Below, in pieces: positions 10,844 through 20,553 of a stretch of 64,000 nucleotides of DNA (position 1 is its first letter; each line of letters opens with the position of its first letter). Location: contig JBBRBD010000004.1 in the NCBI GenBank assembly GCA_038206135.1, positions 13,268-77,267 on the forward strand, read 5' to 3'. The stretch is from Patescibacteria group bacterium (GTDB lineage Bacteria; Patescibacteriota; Microgenomatia; UBA8517). A program made the translations under genes and the position numbers. The notes under the pieces are model-generated. The model had not been told where the DNA came from and ran no database searches. It saw only the letters and a list, made by a program, of their open reading frames with translations.

Positions 10844-11432
10844 GTAGATTATCCAAGCTCTTCCATAAATAACGTGCAGCGTATGTACGGTAAGGCTTCC
10901 ACTTCTTTGATATTTTCTCTACTGTTTCCAAATCATCACGATCGACATTGTAAATTTTGGAGATCGCATTTCTAAGTCCTATATCCCCCATTGAAAACAC
11001 ATCTTCACGACCAAGACTAAACATGAGAATCATTTCAGCTGTCCATGGCCCGATTCCCTTTACTTTAGTAAGTTCTTTTAGAACATCTTCATCTGAAAGG
11101 ATTTTAAGACTTTCTAAATCGAGGCTCTTATTAACAATCATCTGAGAGAGTCCCTTCATGTATTTTATTTTTGAATATGAAATTCCTGCTTCACGAATTT
11201 TTTCATCTTCTATTTTTAAGAGATCTTGTGGTTCAATGCTTTTTTTTTCAAACAACAGCTCAAAGCGTTTCCAAATTGTGTTTGAGGCCTTAACTGAAAG
11301 CTGTTGGCTTACAATACTTTCTAAAATATCTACAAAAAGATCTTGTTTTTGAGTCAGTAAATCAAGTTCACCAAATTGCTCAATTACTTTCAAAAGTTTT
11401 TTGTCTTTTTTTAAGTGTGAGGTGTGTTTCAT
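10827..11432 (-). CDS. HhH-GPD base-excision DNA glycosylase (AlkA / 3-methyladenine glycosylase II-like)
   Basis: HhH-GPD motif LTKVKGIGPWTAEMILMFSLGREDVFSMGDIGL with the catalytic Asp context. Confidence 0.75.
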   Translation of the reverse strand: MKHTSHLKKDKKLLKVIEQFGELDLLTQKQDLFVDILESIVSQQLSVKASNTIWKRFELLFEKKSIEPQDLLKIEDEKIREAGISYSKIKYMKGLSQMIVNKSLDLESLKILSDEDVLKELTKVKGIGPWTAEMILMFSLGREDVFSMGDIGLRNAISKIYNVDRDDLETVEKISKKWKPYRTYAARYLWKSLDNLPKQTS

Positions 11433-11848
11433 TTACCAAAAATGTGCGGGGCAATCAACGTGACTAACGTTGTTACTGTTCCACAAAGGATTGATCCCCA
11501 AAGTATATCTATTATAGTAATCTTAACTGACCAACCGTTTAATGTTGCCAGATTTGTAAGATCATAAACTGCATACATGAAAAAGCCGAGGGCTGCTCCA
11601 ATCATAAATGCTTCGGGGATTGGTTTACCGAGTGCTCGTGGAAGTGCAAAGACAACAATTGCAAGTGGAATAACTAAGTAAACTAACACTCCAGGAACCC
11701 ATAAAGGAGCCATTCCTCCGCCAGAACTGCGTCGCACCAGTTTTCCAATCTCCTGTAAATATAATTTATTTGCAATAACGCTAAGCCAAAAAAGGTCGAT
11801 AGTAAGGGTAATAACTGTTGTCAAAATAAAATACCAAAATGAAATCAT
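11429..11848 (-). CDS. small polytopic membrane protein (DUF2177-like)
   Basis: 139 aa, 4 TM. Motif YDLTNLATL resembles the DUF2177 family. Start overlaps the alkA-like stop, so translationally coupled. Confidence 0.4.
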   Translation of the reverse strand: MISFWYFILTTVITLTIDLFWLSVIANKLYLQEIGKLVRRSSGGGMAPLWVPGVLVYLVIPLAIVVFALPRALGKPIPEAFMIGAALGFFMYAVYDLTNLATLNGWSVKITIIDILWGSILCGTVTTLVTLIAPHIFGK

Positions 11849-11929
11849 TGTTTATTATACCAGAAATATCGTTTATTTATATCCCAATTACACGACACAA
11901 TTTAGTAGTTTTACGTATCAAAAAAATAC

Positions 11930-11958
11930 TTGAATTGTTATGAAAAGCTGTCTACATT
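11930..11958 (+). promoter_or_regulatory. sigma70-like promoter: TTGAAT -17 bp- TACATT
   Basis: -35 TTGAAT (11930-11935), 17-nt spacer, -10 TACATT (11953-11958), 26 nt upstream of the K-rich ORF. SD GAGGTGA at 11971-11977. Confidence 0.4.
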
Positions 11959-11984
11959 TAAAGAAGAAATGAGGTGACTTATCC

Positions 11985-12098
11985 ATGCCCGCAAAGAAAA
12001 AGAAAATCGTTAAAAAAGCAGTAAAGAAAGTTGTAAAAAAAGCTAAGAAGACTGTAAAGAAAGCTGCTAAGAAAACATCTGCAAAAAAGAGAAAGTAA
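11985..12098 (+). CDS. 37-aa lysine/alanine-repeat basic microprotein (histone H1/Hc1-tail-like)
   Basis: MPAKKKKIVKKAVKKVVKKAKKTVKKAAKKTSAKKRK. Four imperfect (V)KKA(V/A)KK repeats that are also visible as nucleotide repeats. Strong SD 8 nt upstream, consensus-like promoter, intrinsic terminator directly downstream. The antisense 80-aa F-rich ORF (11918-12160) is rejected. Confidence 0.6.
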   Translation: MPAKKKKIVKKAVKKVVKKAKKTVKKAAKKTSAKKRK

Positions 12099-12121
12099 AT
12101 ACTTTTTTTCAACCAAAGAGA

Positions 12122-12150
12122 AAGGGCGCTATACGTAGTCGCCCTTTTTC
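12122..12150 (+). terminator. Rho-independent terminator
   Basis: GGGCGCTAtacgTAGTCGCCC hairpin followed by TTTTT. Confidence 0.6.
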
Positions 12151-12362
12151 GTGGAGTCAAATATTTAGATTTTTTTCAGATTCAAAGAAAAAACAGATCA
12201 CCCCAACACCCAAGATTTAATGTTAAAAGTTCTTTGGGCTATTCTCGCTGTTTGCATCTATTTGCTTATTAACATCAACACTGTATTGGAGTTTTGAGAA
12301 GCGTAACATATCTAACAAATATTTGTCATTTTTGAATTCCTTTCCAACTCTGGCAAATATTA

Positions 12363-13289
12363 TTATTTTTCGAATCTTCTTTTAAGAAAATAAATAATTA
12401 CAATAACTGGTACCCAAATAACTGCGTATACGCCTAGCCAGATAGCAAACGAGCCAATTGATCGTAAGTTTCCAACGAGTCCTCTTACAGCCAATTTAAA
12501 AATTACATTTGGCCTGAAAGTATCAGTGGGTGCATACGGAAGTGCAATTTCATCTGTTGAAAGATATATAGTAACTTTTGCAAGTTTGGCGTTTTCTTCA
12601 AGTGATTTTTGCATCCCTTTCAAATTGTCAATTTGTGATTGAATATTAATAATTTGCTGAGTTACGTTTGTAAGGTCTGAGACAAGTTCTGCCTTAGTTA
12701 AAATTGCTTCCATCGCCACTTTTGTTTTACCAAGTGTTATCACTCGAGAATCAATATCAACATATTGATCTGTGACATCTGTCCCTACAAGATTCTCAGA
12801 GACCACTTTCACACCAAGACTCCGATACATTTCAAGTGTTTGATCAAGTTTCACAGATGGAACACGGACAGTAACAGTAGCGGTAGCTGCATCTTGAGGA
12901 TTTACCGTCGCTGCATTTACCATATACCCACCGAGTGAAACTGCAGTATCTATTACTTTTTTCTTCGCAGTGACTACATCTGTAACTAACAATGACAAAT
13001 AACTGTTTTGTACAACCATTCGATTTGTCAGATTAGGCGTTGGTGCATAGTCTTCCTGAATCGGCATCATCTGAGTCGAACGCACTGGCACAAAAGAGTC
13101 TGCCGTTGTAACTCCAGACGCACCCATCATATCTGAAACTCCAATGCCCGAGGAAGCCATTTTTGAATTCTCAAAATTCAACGTTTGAGACGAGAGATTA
13201 AATGATTTTAATAAGAGATATGCCAATATAAGAAGAAGAACTGTCTTTAATTTGTTAAGTTTCACCCAATCGATTGCGTTTGTAATCAC
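12363..13289 (-). CDS. DUF4349-domain membrane-anchored protein
   Basis: 308 aa. N-terminal TM, then VTDQYVDIDSRVITLGKTKVAMEAIL...IQSQIDNLKG matching the DUF4349 core (VT.QYVD.EAR), and a C-terminal TM. Confidence 0.5.
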   Translation of the reverse strand: MITNAIDWVKLNKLKTVLLLILAYLLLKSFNLSSQTLNFENSKMASSGIGVSDMMGASGVTTADSFVPVRSTQMMPIQEDYAPTPNLTNRMVVQNSYLSLLVTDVVTAKKKVIDTAVSLGGYMVNAATVNPQDAATATVTVRVPSVKLDQTLEMYRSLGVKVVSENLVGTDVTDQYVDIDSRVITLGKTKVAMEAILTKAELVSDLTNVTQQIINIQSQIDNLKGMQKSLEENAKLAKVTIYLSTDEIALPYAPTDTFRPNVIFKLAVRGLVGNLRSIGSFAIWLGVYAVIWVPVIVIIYFLKRRFEK

Positions 13290-13345
13290 ATTCCTAGCAT
13301 AGAAAAGTTTGATAGAAAGGTCAAGGATAATTAAAGCAAAAAAAA

Positions 13346-13370
13346 GACCCCGGATAAAAAACCGGGGTCT
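13346..13370 (-). terminator. Rho-independent terminator ending the secA transcript
   Basis: AGACCCCGGataaaaaaCCGGGGTCT perfect 9-bp stem. A-run on the plus strand at 13337-13345 gives a U-tract after the stem on the minus strand. Confidence 0.6.
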
Positions 13371-13738
13371 GACTACAAACTATTCTAGAAGAATATTGAA
13401 CTTCTTTGGCTAGGTACGCCGAATGTCCCATGTAGACTTTTGTGCAGGGCGGCTACCACCTGGCTTAAGTGTAAAGCCTCCACCGGGAGTTCCCATATTT
13501 CCACTACTAAGCGCTTTCAGAGCGCCTGCAAACTCATCGGCTGAATTAAATCGACTATCCATAGAAACTGCCGTAGCTTTCATGAGAATACTTTCTAAGC
13601 CTTGGCTGATTCCAGAAAGAGAATGTACAGGATCATTTCAAACGAATATATATATGTTTCGTGTATATTGTACACTTAGTATCGCAAATTAACAATACTA
13701 GATGGCAGTATATATCACTATGGGGTCTGCGTCAATTA

Positions 13739-16444
13739 TTACAAAGACTGTTTCGGGAAGTGGCAATGCTTGAATTTCTTTCCAGATCCACACCAACAAG
13801 GGTCGTTTCTTCCTACCTTTTTTGTTGCCTTTTGAGAGCCATTTTTCGCAATTTTATTTAATTTAGCAGTTGCGCTATCAATGAGGCCGATGTTGTCTGT
13901 CAAGTCGGCGTTCGTAATTGCTGTTGCAAGCGGAATTTCGTTAGGTGCTTGTGCAATGCCAATCCTGAAAATTCTCAATGAAAGTTCGTTATCAATGCGT
14001 TCAACCAATGATTCAAACAAGGTAAATGCTTCATTTTTGAATTCAACTAACGGATCCCGTTGCCCCACACCGCGCATTCTCACAGCTTCACGAAGACCAT
14101 CAATGTGATCAATATGCTCAATCCAATGCCTGTCCAGTGCTCCCAAATAAGCAAATCGTTCAATTTCACGCATTGTGGAATTTCCAATTTGTTTTTCTCT
14201 AGCTTCATAACTATCAGTAAGCACTTTCTTCATGAACTCTGACAATTTTTCTTTGTCATGAATTTCTTCCATTTGTTTTTTGATATTTTGTCGAGACGAA
14301 TCATCAAACGGAATAATCTCTGACAATTCAACGGCAACACGTTCCATATCTGGCTTTTCGTCAAACTCTGGCCAACTCATTAAAATAATTTTGTCAATCT
14401 GTTGTGTGAGTTTCCTTGTCACTTCTTCTTTCAAGCTTTCGGAAGACAAAATGCGCTTTCGAAGTTTATAAATAATCTCACGCTCTTGATTGGCAACGTC
14501 ATCATATTCAACGGTTTGCTTCCGAGCATCAAAGTGAAAGCCTTCAACTTTTACTTGTGCTTGTTCAATTGCTCTTGAGATAAGAGAGTTTTCGATTGGC
14601 TGATCATCGGGCAAACTAAGCCTGTTCATCAGACCTTTGATTTGGTCTCCACCAAAGATACGCATAATATCGTCATCGAGTGACAAATAAAACTTTGTTG
14701 ACCCAGGATCCCCTTGTCGTCCACTGCGCCCACGAAGCTGATTATCAATGCGTCTACTTTCATGCCGTTCAGTGCCAATTACGTGAAGGCCACCCGCTGC
14801 AACAACTTTTCCGTGGTCTTTTTCCCAAGCCAGAAAATCTTTTGATTGCTTCCATTTTTCTTGGGTCATTTTCTCAGGCTTATCAGGAGGTGAACCGCCA
14901 AGAATAATGTCGACACCACGACCTGCCATGTTTGTAGCAACAGTCACGGCACCTGGCTTTCCAGCCTGTGCCAGGACAAGAGCTTCTTGTTCGTGGTTTT
15001 TAGCGTTTAAAACGTGATGTGGAATTTTTTGGCTGGTTAAATAGTTACTAATCAATTCGTTTTTTTCGATTGAAGTAGTACCTACCAAAACTGGTTGGCC
15101 TTTTTTGTGACGCTCAACTATGTCTTCTCCAACAGCCTGATACTTTGCCTGTACAGTTTTGTAAACAGCATCTGCCTCATCTTTTCTAACATTAGCCCTG
15201 TTTGTTGGGATAATAAGGGCTTCAAGTTTGTAGATTTTTTTAAATTCTGCCGCCTCAGTTGCTGCTGTTCCTGTCATACCTGCCAAGTGTTCATACATAC
15301 GGAAGTAATTCTGGAAAGAGATGGTTGCCAATGTTTTACTTTCTTGCTGAATTGGTACACCTTCTTTTGCTTCAACAGCTTGATGAATACCATCACTCCA
15401 ACGCCTTCCTGGCATTAAGCGCCCAGTGAATTCGTCAACTATGACAACTTGATTGTCTTTCACTACATATTCACGATCTTGAACGTATAGGGCTTTTGCA
15501 CGGAGCGAGTTTTCAATGTGGTGGATCGTTTCAAAGTCTTTTTCGTACAAGTTAGTTACGTGTAAAAGCTTTTCAACTTTGGCAATGCCTTCTTCCGTAA
15601 GTGAAGCACTTCTCATTTTTTCATCTATCACAAAGTCTTTCACATCTTCAAGTTTCTCTACCAATTTTGAGAATGTGTAATATTTGTCAGTTGGTTCACT
15701 GTCAGGTGCAGAAATAATCAAAGGAGTTCGAGCTTCATCAATAAGTACAGAGTCGACTTCGTCAACTATTGCAAAATAGTGCCCTCGTTGCACCATTTCG
15801 ACAGAGGAATTCACCATGTTATCTCTCAAATAATCAAATCCGAATTCGTTGTTCGTACCATAAGTTACATCAGCAGCATACGCCTCACGTCTGGAAACAG
15901 GTTTTAGGTGAGCAAGCCGCTCATCTCCATGTGAAGTATCATTGTGATTTGGATCGTAAATGTAGCTTTTTTGTTCTTGTGCAACTATTCCTACACTCAT
16001 TCCTAAAAGTGCAAATGTTGGCGCATTCCAGCCTGCGTCACGGCGAGCCAAATAATCGTTAACAGTAACTAAGTGAACTCCACGTCCGGTGAGCCCTCGC
16101 AAAAACAGTGCAGGAATAGCAGAAAGAGTTTTACCTTCTCCTGTCTTTTGTTCAGCTACGCTACCTTGAAATAGTGCCGCAGCTGCTAAAAGTTGTACAT
16201 CATAGTGTTTTAATCCAATTGCCCGAAAGGAAGCTTCTCGAGTTAAAGAAAATGCTTCAGGCAGCAAGTCTTCGAGTTTCTCTCCTTTTTGAAGTCTAGA
16301 TTTAAGCTTTAACGACTCTTTGGGAAAGTCTTCAAGTTTTAGCTTTTCATATTTTTTAGAAAGCTCAGACGTTTTTACAATAACTTTTTCAAGTCGTTTG
16401 ATTTCGCGTACGTTTGAATCGAGAAAATTTGAGAAGAATTTCAT
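13739..16444 (-). CDS. secA: preprotein translocase ATPase SecA
   Basis: 901 aa. DEAD-like motor motifs and the C-terminal zinc finger CWCGSGKKFKHCH. Confidence 0.95.
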   Translation of the reverse strand: MKFFSNFLDSNVREIKRLEKVIVKTSELSKKYEKLKLEDFPKESLKLKSRLQKGEKLEDLLPEAFSLTREASFRAIGLKHYDVQLLAAAALFQGSVAEQKTGEGKTLSAIPALFLRGLTGRGVHLVTVNDYLARRDAGWNAPTFALLGMSVGIVAQEQKSYIYDPNHNDTSHGDERLAHLKPVSRREAYAADVTYGTNNEFGFDYLRDNMVNSSVEMVQRGHYFAIVDEVDSVLIDEARTPLIISAPDSEPTDKYYTFSKLVEKLEDVKDFVIDEKMRSASLTEEGIAKVEKLLHVTNLYEKDFETIHHIENSLRAKALYVQDREYVVKDNQVVIVDEFTGRLMPGRRWSDGIHQAVEAKEGVPIQQESKTLATISFQNYFRMYEHLAGMTGTAATEAAEFKKIYKLEALIIPTNRANVRKDEADAVYKTVQAKYQAVGEDIVERHKKGQPVLVGTTSIEKNELISNYLTSQKIPHHVLNAKNHEQEALVLAQAGKPGAVTVATNMAGRGVDIILGGSPPDKPEKMTQEKWKQSKDFLAWEKDHGKVVAAGGLHVIGTERHESRRIDNQLRGRSGRQGDPGSTKFYLSLDDDIMRIFGGDQIKGLMNRLSLPDDQPIENSLISRAIEQAQVKVEGFHFDARKQTVEYDDVANQEREIIYKLRKRILSSESLKEEVTRKLTQQIDKIILMSWPEFDEKPDMERVAVELSEIIPFDDSSRQNIKKQMEEIHDKEKLSEFMKKVLTDSYEAREKQIGNSTMREIERFAYLGALDRHWIEHIDHIDGLREAVRMRGVGQRDPLVEFKNEAFTLFESLVERIDNELSLRIFRIGIAQAPNEIPLATAITNADLTDNIGLIDSATAKLNKIAKNGSQKATKKVGRNDPCWCGSGKKFKHCHFPKQSL

Positions 16445-16499
16445 GTATGCGTGTTGCCAAGCATTGTACCAAATTGAGTGCTAAATGTGCAGTAGTGTT

Positions 16500-17078
16500 T
16501 TAACGGATATGACTTGTAACTACGTCAGAAAACGCAATTATCAGGAAAATCCCAATTGCATTCAATGTGTAAACGAGAATCATAAAACGCTCTATTTTCA
16601 TTTTTGAAAGGCCCATTAACGACACTCCTAACTCATCAGGAAGCGGTAAAGCGACAATAATTGCACCAATAAGTAGTAAAACCCAAGAAAACAATTTCAA
16701 ATGGAGCATTCTCATTAAGTGTTTCCCTCCAAGACGGTTAAAAATATCGCGAATTTCTGTATCAAGGTCGTCACTAATATACTTAAAAATAAGTAAATCA
16801 CTCGTTAAAGCTCCAGCACTGGCAACTGCTGTCATCAGAAATATATTATTACTGGGAGCCAAAACTAAAAGTGTGAGAATCCCAGCAGAAAAAGTGAAGG
16901 TCGAAACATATAACATTCCTCCAAAGAAAGCACCAATGAGCCCCAGTAATTGCAAAGTACTCGTGAGTTTTTCGAGTAGCGGCGTCAATGAAAACAAAAC
17001 GATTGAAATAAATGAAATGTAAGCAATCAGAAGATGTTGGTATCGAAAGCGCTTTACCCTCTTTATTGATTTGGGCAT
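16500..17078 (-). CDS. polytopic membrane protein, unknown function
   Basis: 192 aa, about 5 TM. No motif I can name. Confidence 0.35.
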   Translation of the reverse strand: MPKSIKRVKRFRYQHLLIAYISFISIVLFSLTPLLEKLTSTLQLLGLIGAFFGGMLYVSTFTFSAGILTLLVLAPSNNIFLMTAVASAGALTSDLLIFKYISDDLDTEIRDIFNRLGGKHLMRMLHLKLFSWVLLLIGAIIVALPLPDELGVSLMGLSKMKIERFMILVYTLNAIGIFLIIAFSDVVTSHIR

Positions 17079-17138
17079 ATACCTACTATAGCAAGAAAAA
17101 AAGGAGGGAGAGCATTTTGCCCTCCCCAGGTTTGTTTC

Positions 17139-17447
17139 TTATCCCGCAACAATTGGTATTGCTTCAACAATTTTTTGCAACTCTGTACTCAAACACTGAA
17201 CAAGTATATTGATCGTGTTCTCAGTCTTTGATAAGTCATTTGATTCATGCAACCGGAACTGCGTTGTATTAATTGAATGTGATGCATGTGAGATCACCAT
17301 CACAGAACCATGTAGATCATCATGAAGTGTCCCCGGAGGAAAACTCTCCAGACGATCAAATGCGGCGGCAACTTGATCAAGTAACGGCTGCAGAATCGCA
17401 CGAATCTGTTGTTCTTTTTCCAAATTCAAAACTAGTACTCTCTTCAT
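17139..17447 (-). CDS. hypothetical cytoplasmic protein
   Basis: 102 aa, no recognisable motif. Compact spacing to neighbours. Confidence 0.3.
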   Translation of the reverse strand: MKRVLVLNLEKEQQIRAILQPLLDQVAAAFDRLESFPPGTLHDDLHGSVMVISHASHSINTTQFRLHESNDLSKTENTINILVQCLSTELQKIVEAIPIVAG

Positions 17448-17528
17448 TTTTAGGCCTTTCAGATAACCAAAGAACAGAATATTTTATCACTTGATTGAGG
17501 CTAGTGCTAGTGTACACTATAAAGTGTT

Positions 17529-18293
17529 ATGTCCAAAGATATTATTGTTGTAAAAAATCTTGTTAAGCATTATAAAAAGGCAGAAAAAAACGCCGTTGAT
17601 GGTGTATCTTTTTCTGTAAAGGAGGGTGAGTTTTTTGCACTTCTTGGCCCAAATGGTGCTGGCAAAACCACCACAATCTCAATTCTTACTACAATGCTCA
17701 ATAAGTCTTCTGGTGATGTTAAAATTGCGGGTTTTGATATCGACAAACAAGACAGTAAGGTAAGAAGCAATATTGGAATTATTTTTCAAAACCAAAGCCT
17801 CGACATTAATTTGACCGCAGAAGAAAATATTCGCTTCCATGCAACTTTGTATGGATTGTACCCATTTCGTCCCACATATGGCTTAATGCCAAAAGAGTAC
17901 AAAGACCGAGTTATGGAACTTGCAACAATTCTGGGTATTCAAGACAGTATTTTTAATCAAATCAAAACGTTTTCAGGTGGAATGAAGAGAAAGCTTGAAA
18001 TTGTGCGTTCTTTGATGCATAAGCCAAAAATTCTATTTTTGGATGAGCCAACTAGCGGACTAGACCCGTTGTCTCGCGCAACTCTTTGGGAATATTTGCA
18101 GGATGTAAGAAAAAGAGAAAAAACAACTATATTCTTGACCACTCATTATTTAGAAGAAGCAGAAGGTGCAGACAGAGTCTGCATAATTGATCATGGAAAA
18201 GTAGTTGCAAACGGAAGTCCTAAAGAATTACGACATGGCGCAAAATCTCTTGAATCTGCTTATATTAAAATTATTAAAGACGAAGAAAAATGA
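17529..18293 (+). CDS. ABC transporter ATP-binding protein
   Basis: Walker A GPNGAGKTT, signature FSGGMKRKL, Walker B ILFLDEPTSGLD. Confidence 0.85.
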   Translation: MSKDIIVVKNLVKHYKKAEKNAVDGVSFSVKEGEFFALLGPNGAGKTTTISILTTMLNKSSGDVKIAGFDIDKQDSKVRSNIGIIFQNQSLDINLTAEENIRFHATLYGLYPFRPTYGLMPKEYKDRVMELATILGIQDSIFNQIKTFSGGMKRKLEIVRSLMHKPKILFLDEPTSGLDPLSRATLWEYLQDVRKREKTTIFLTTHYLEEAEGADRVCIIDHGKVVANGSPKELRHGAKSLESAYIKIIKDEEK

Positions 18294-19072
18294 CACACGA
18301 ACTAAATGCCATCTTTACCATTGCATATCGAGACTTTGTGAAATTGTTACGTGACCGCTCGAGACTATTGTTTAGCCTTGTATTCCCTATTATTTTTATT
18401 GGTGTTTTAGGGGGCAGTTTACAATCAAACTTAGCAGGCGCTGCAGGATATAACTTTTTGTCGTTTATCTTTGCTGGAGTTTTGGGTCAAACTTTGTTCC
18501 AATCCACAGCATCTGGAGTGATTTCGTTGATTGAAGACAGAGAAAACGATTTTTCTCAAGAAATTTTTGTTTCACCAATTTCTCGATATTCTATTATTAT
18601 CGGAAAAATGCTTGGCGAGTCGTTTGTTGCACTCACTCAACTCATCGGCATAATTATTTTTGGAATTGTAGCTGGCGTTCCTATTGATTTCTTCGGTCTT
18701 ATTCGATTGCTTCCATTCTTCTTAATTGCATGTATGTTTGGCGGTGCATTCGGAATTTTTGTACTTTCAAACCTCAAAAGTCAACGAAGTGCAAACCAAA
18801 TTTTTCCTTTTATTATGTTTCCTCAATTCTTCTTGGCCGGAGTATTTAGTCCAATTAAAAGTTTACCTCCAATCTTGTATATCTTGTCGCGCATTGCTCC
18901 AATGACATATGTAGTCGATTTGATACGGAGTATATATTTTATTGGTGACCCTGCTTACAACAAAATTGTTCTGTTTAGTACTGGTTTTGATTTGCTGGTC
19001 GTAGGAATTTATTCGTTGGTATTTATTGTTGTTGGAACATTCTTTTTCATCCGAAACGAAAAAAATAGATAA
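18290..19072 (+). CDS. ABC-2 family transporter permease
   Basis: 260 aa, 6 TM. Overlaps the ATPase stop by 4 nt (ATGA), the typical ABC-2 arrangement. Confidence 0.7.
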   Translation: MTHELNAIFTIAYRDFVKLLRDRSRLLFSLVFPIIFIGVLGGSLQSNLAGAAGYNFLSFIFAGVLGQTLFQSTASGVISLIEDRENDFSQEIFVSPISRYSIIIGKMLGESFVALTQLIGIIIFGIVAGVPIDFFGLIRLLPFFLIACMFGGAFGIFVLSNLKSQRSANQIFPFIMFPQFFLAGVFSPIKSLPPILYILSRIAPMTYVVDLIRSIYFIGDPAYNKIVLFSTGFDLLVVGIYSLVFIVVGTFFFIRNEKNR

Positions 19073-19132
19073 CTTGACTTCCACACCCTTGCAACCTATA
19101 ATTTAAAGTGAGTGTATTAGAAAGGGTTTCTT

Positions 19133-19339
19133 ATGTTGAAATGCAGCGTTATAATTGCTCCAGACGGTATATATTCCACCGGTGAATCGCTTCAAGATTG
19201 GATTAACAACCAATTGCAAGCGTTTAATCGAAATGGAGACAATATTATCTTCTACTATGAGACAACTGTTGGAGGTGGATCAGAGCCGTTACTGAAAGCC
19301 CTTGTTTTTGTAAGTAGCATTTCTGAAATGGATGTCTAA
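19133..19339 (+). CDS. hypothetical small protein
   Basis: 68 aa ORF ending just before a terminator. No motif. Confidence 0.3.
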   Translation: MLKCSVIIAPDGIYSTGESLQDWINNQLQAFNRNGDNIIFYYETTVGGGSEPLLKALVFVSSISEMDV

Positions 19340-19353
19340 GCATTCACTCAAAG

Positions 19354-19379
19354 GACAGGCAGAGATTGCCTGTCTTTTT
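19354..19379 (+). terminator. Rho-independent terminator
   Basis: GACAGGCAgagatTGCCTGTC followed by TTTTT. Lies within the 5' extension of the six-frame ORF 19366-19902, which argues for the internal start at 19417. Confidence 0.55.
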
Positions 19380-19416
19380 CATTGCATTCTCAACATTATC
19401 GAAATATAATTGGCCT

Positions 19417-19902
19417 ATGGTAAAGAAAACGACAGAAAAGGTAGAAACAAAATCTAAAGAAAAAAGTTCAAAGATTCTGTACCGATCAGAAACAAACAAA
19501 GTCTTGGGTGGCATATGTGGTGGTTTAGGAGAAGTGTTTAATATTGATCCAACTATTATTCGAGTACTGTTTGTATTGACAATGATTTTTGGTGGATCTA
19601 GTCTGTTCTTCTATGTAGTGCTTTGGGCAGTAATTCCAACTCGCTCAAAAATAGCGAATACTTCAAATGAGAACATCAGAGAGAATATTGATGAAATGAA
19701 GGATAGAGTGCACACTTTTACAAAAGATTTTAGATACAATAAAGGTCAAAGACCAAATGCCGGTTTAATTCTCCTCGTTATTGGAGTAATTTTCTTACTT
19801 GGTAACTTTGGATATATCCATATTTACAATCTCTCTCGCCTGTGGCCTCTCTTTCTTATTGCTTTTGGTTTTTTACTTCTTAGTCGCAATAATCGGCACT
19901 GA
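19417..19902 (+). CDS. PspC-domain membrane protein
   Basis: KVLGGICGGLGEVFNIDPTIIRVLFVLTMIFGG is the PspC domain signature. Followed by TM helices. Confidence 0.65.
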   Translation: MVKKTTEKVETKSKEKSSKILYRSETNKVLGGICGGLGEVFNIDPTIIRVLFVLTMIFGGSSLFFYVVLWAVIPTRSKIANTSNENIRENIDEMKDRVHTFTKDFRYNKGQRPNAGLILLVIGVIFLLGNFGYIHIYNLSRLWPLFLIAFGFLLLSRNNRH

Positions 19903-20550
19903 GCAAACATAAATAATATTTACGAGTTCTTGAGACGGTGCCTTTTCCATTACGTTTCCAAATTGAGTTTTTAACTTACTTTCAAATTCTGTAGCTTTTT
20001 TGTGGTCCTTCTCTCCAAAGATTCGGTTAAAAATGACGATACCGTTATTATTCATTAATTCTTTAACCTGAGTTAGAAATTCAATACTCGCAAGTTTTTC
20101 AGGATAAGAACTCCCCACATAAGTGTCCACACAAATGAGGTCATATTTTCCTTTATCGTTTTTTGAAAATTGAAAGGCATCTGCTATATGGAGTTTCACA
20201 TTTATCTTTTTGAGACCTAAATATTCTTCTCCAAGTTTTACAATTTCGGGATCAATATCTACTCCAACAATCTCACATTTTGTCCATGTTTCTCTAATAA
20301 GTTTTGCAGTTGTTCCACCACCAACTCCAAGAATTAATGCCTTAGATACAGAGAGGTTTCTTCCTTTTGTCACTTTTATACCGCTGCGCCATACGGTTTC
20401 TACAGGCCCTCCAACTTGCCACAAACCTCCGCCCATGATTTGATATCCGTTTAACAGATCCCACTTGACTGTCAGTTTGCCATTAATTGGAGAGTCAATC
20501 GTTTTTAAAGTGACTGAGCCATCATTCATGTATTCAAGAATTTTATTCAT
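19873..20550 (-). CDS. spermidine-synthase-like SAM-dependent methyltransferase fold protein
   Basis: ILGVGGGTTAKLIRETW...VGVDIDPEIVKLGEEYL...DLICVDTY matches spermine/spermidine-synthase family motifs. Confidence 0.5.
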   Translation of the reverse strand: MNKILEYMNDGSVTLKTIDSPINGKLTVKWDLLNGYQIMGGGLWQVGGPVETVWRSGIKVTKGRNLSVSKALILGVGGGTTAKLIRETWTKCEIVGVDIDPEIVKLGEEYLGLKKINVKLHIADAFQFSKNDKGKYDLICVDTYVGSSYPEKLASIEFLTQVKELMNNNGIVIFNRIFGEKDHKKATEFESKLKTQFGNVMEKAPSQELVNIIYVCSVPIIATKK

Positions 20551-20553
20551 AGA

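Noticed and set aside
11918-12160. 80-aa minus-strand F-rich ORF
   Set aside because: Exact antisense of the KKA-repeat gene, so AAA/AAG become TTT/CTT. The plus-strand ORF has the promoter, SD and terminator.
13380-13640. SRP RNA / tmRNA / RNase P RNA in the GC-rich island
   Set aside because: Scanned by eye for GGAAGCAGC (SRP domain IV), GGAAAGTCCGG (RNase P P4) and a tmRNA tag ending ...ALAA-stop. None present. ncRNA remains possible but unassigned.
13423-13861. Plus-strand ORFs of 89 aa and 66 aa downstream of secA
   Set aside because: No SD, unprotein-like sequence, and one overlaps the secA 3' end. The GC-rich island is better explained by the minus-strand 57-aa ORF or an RNA.
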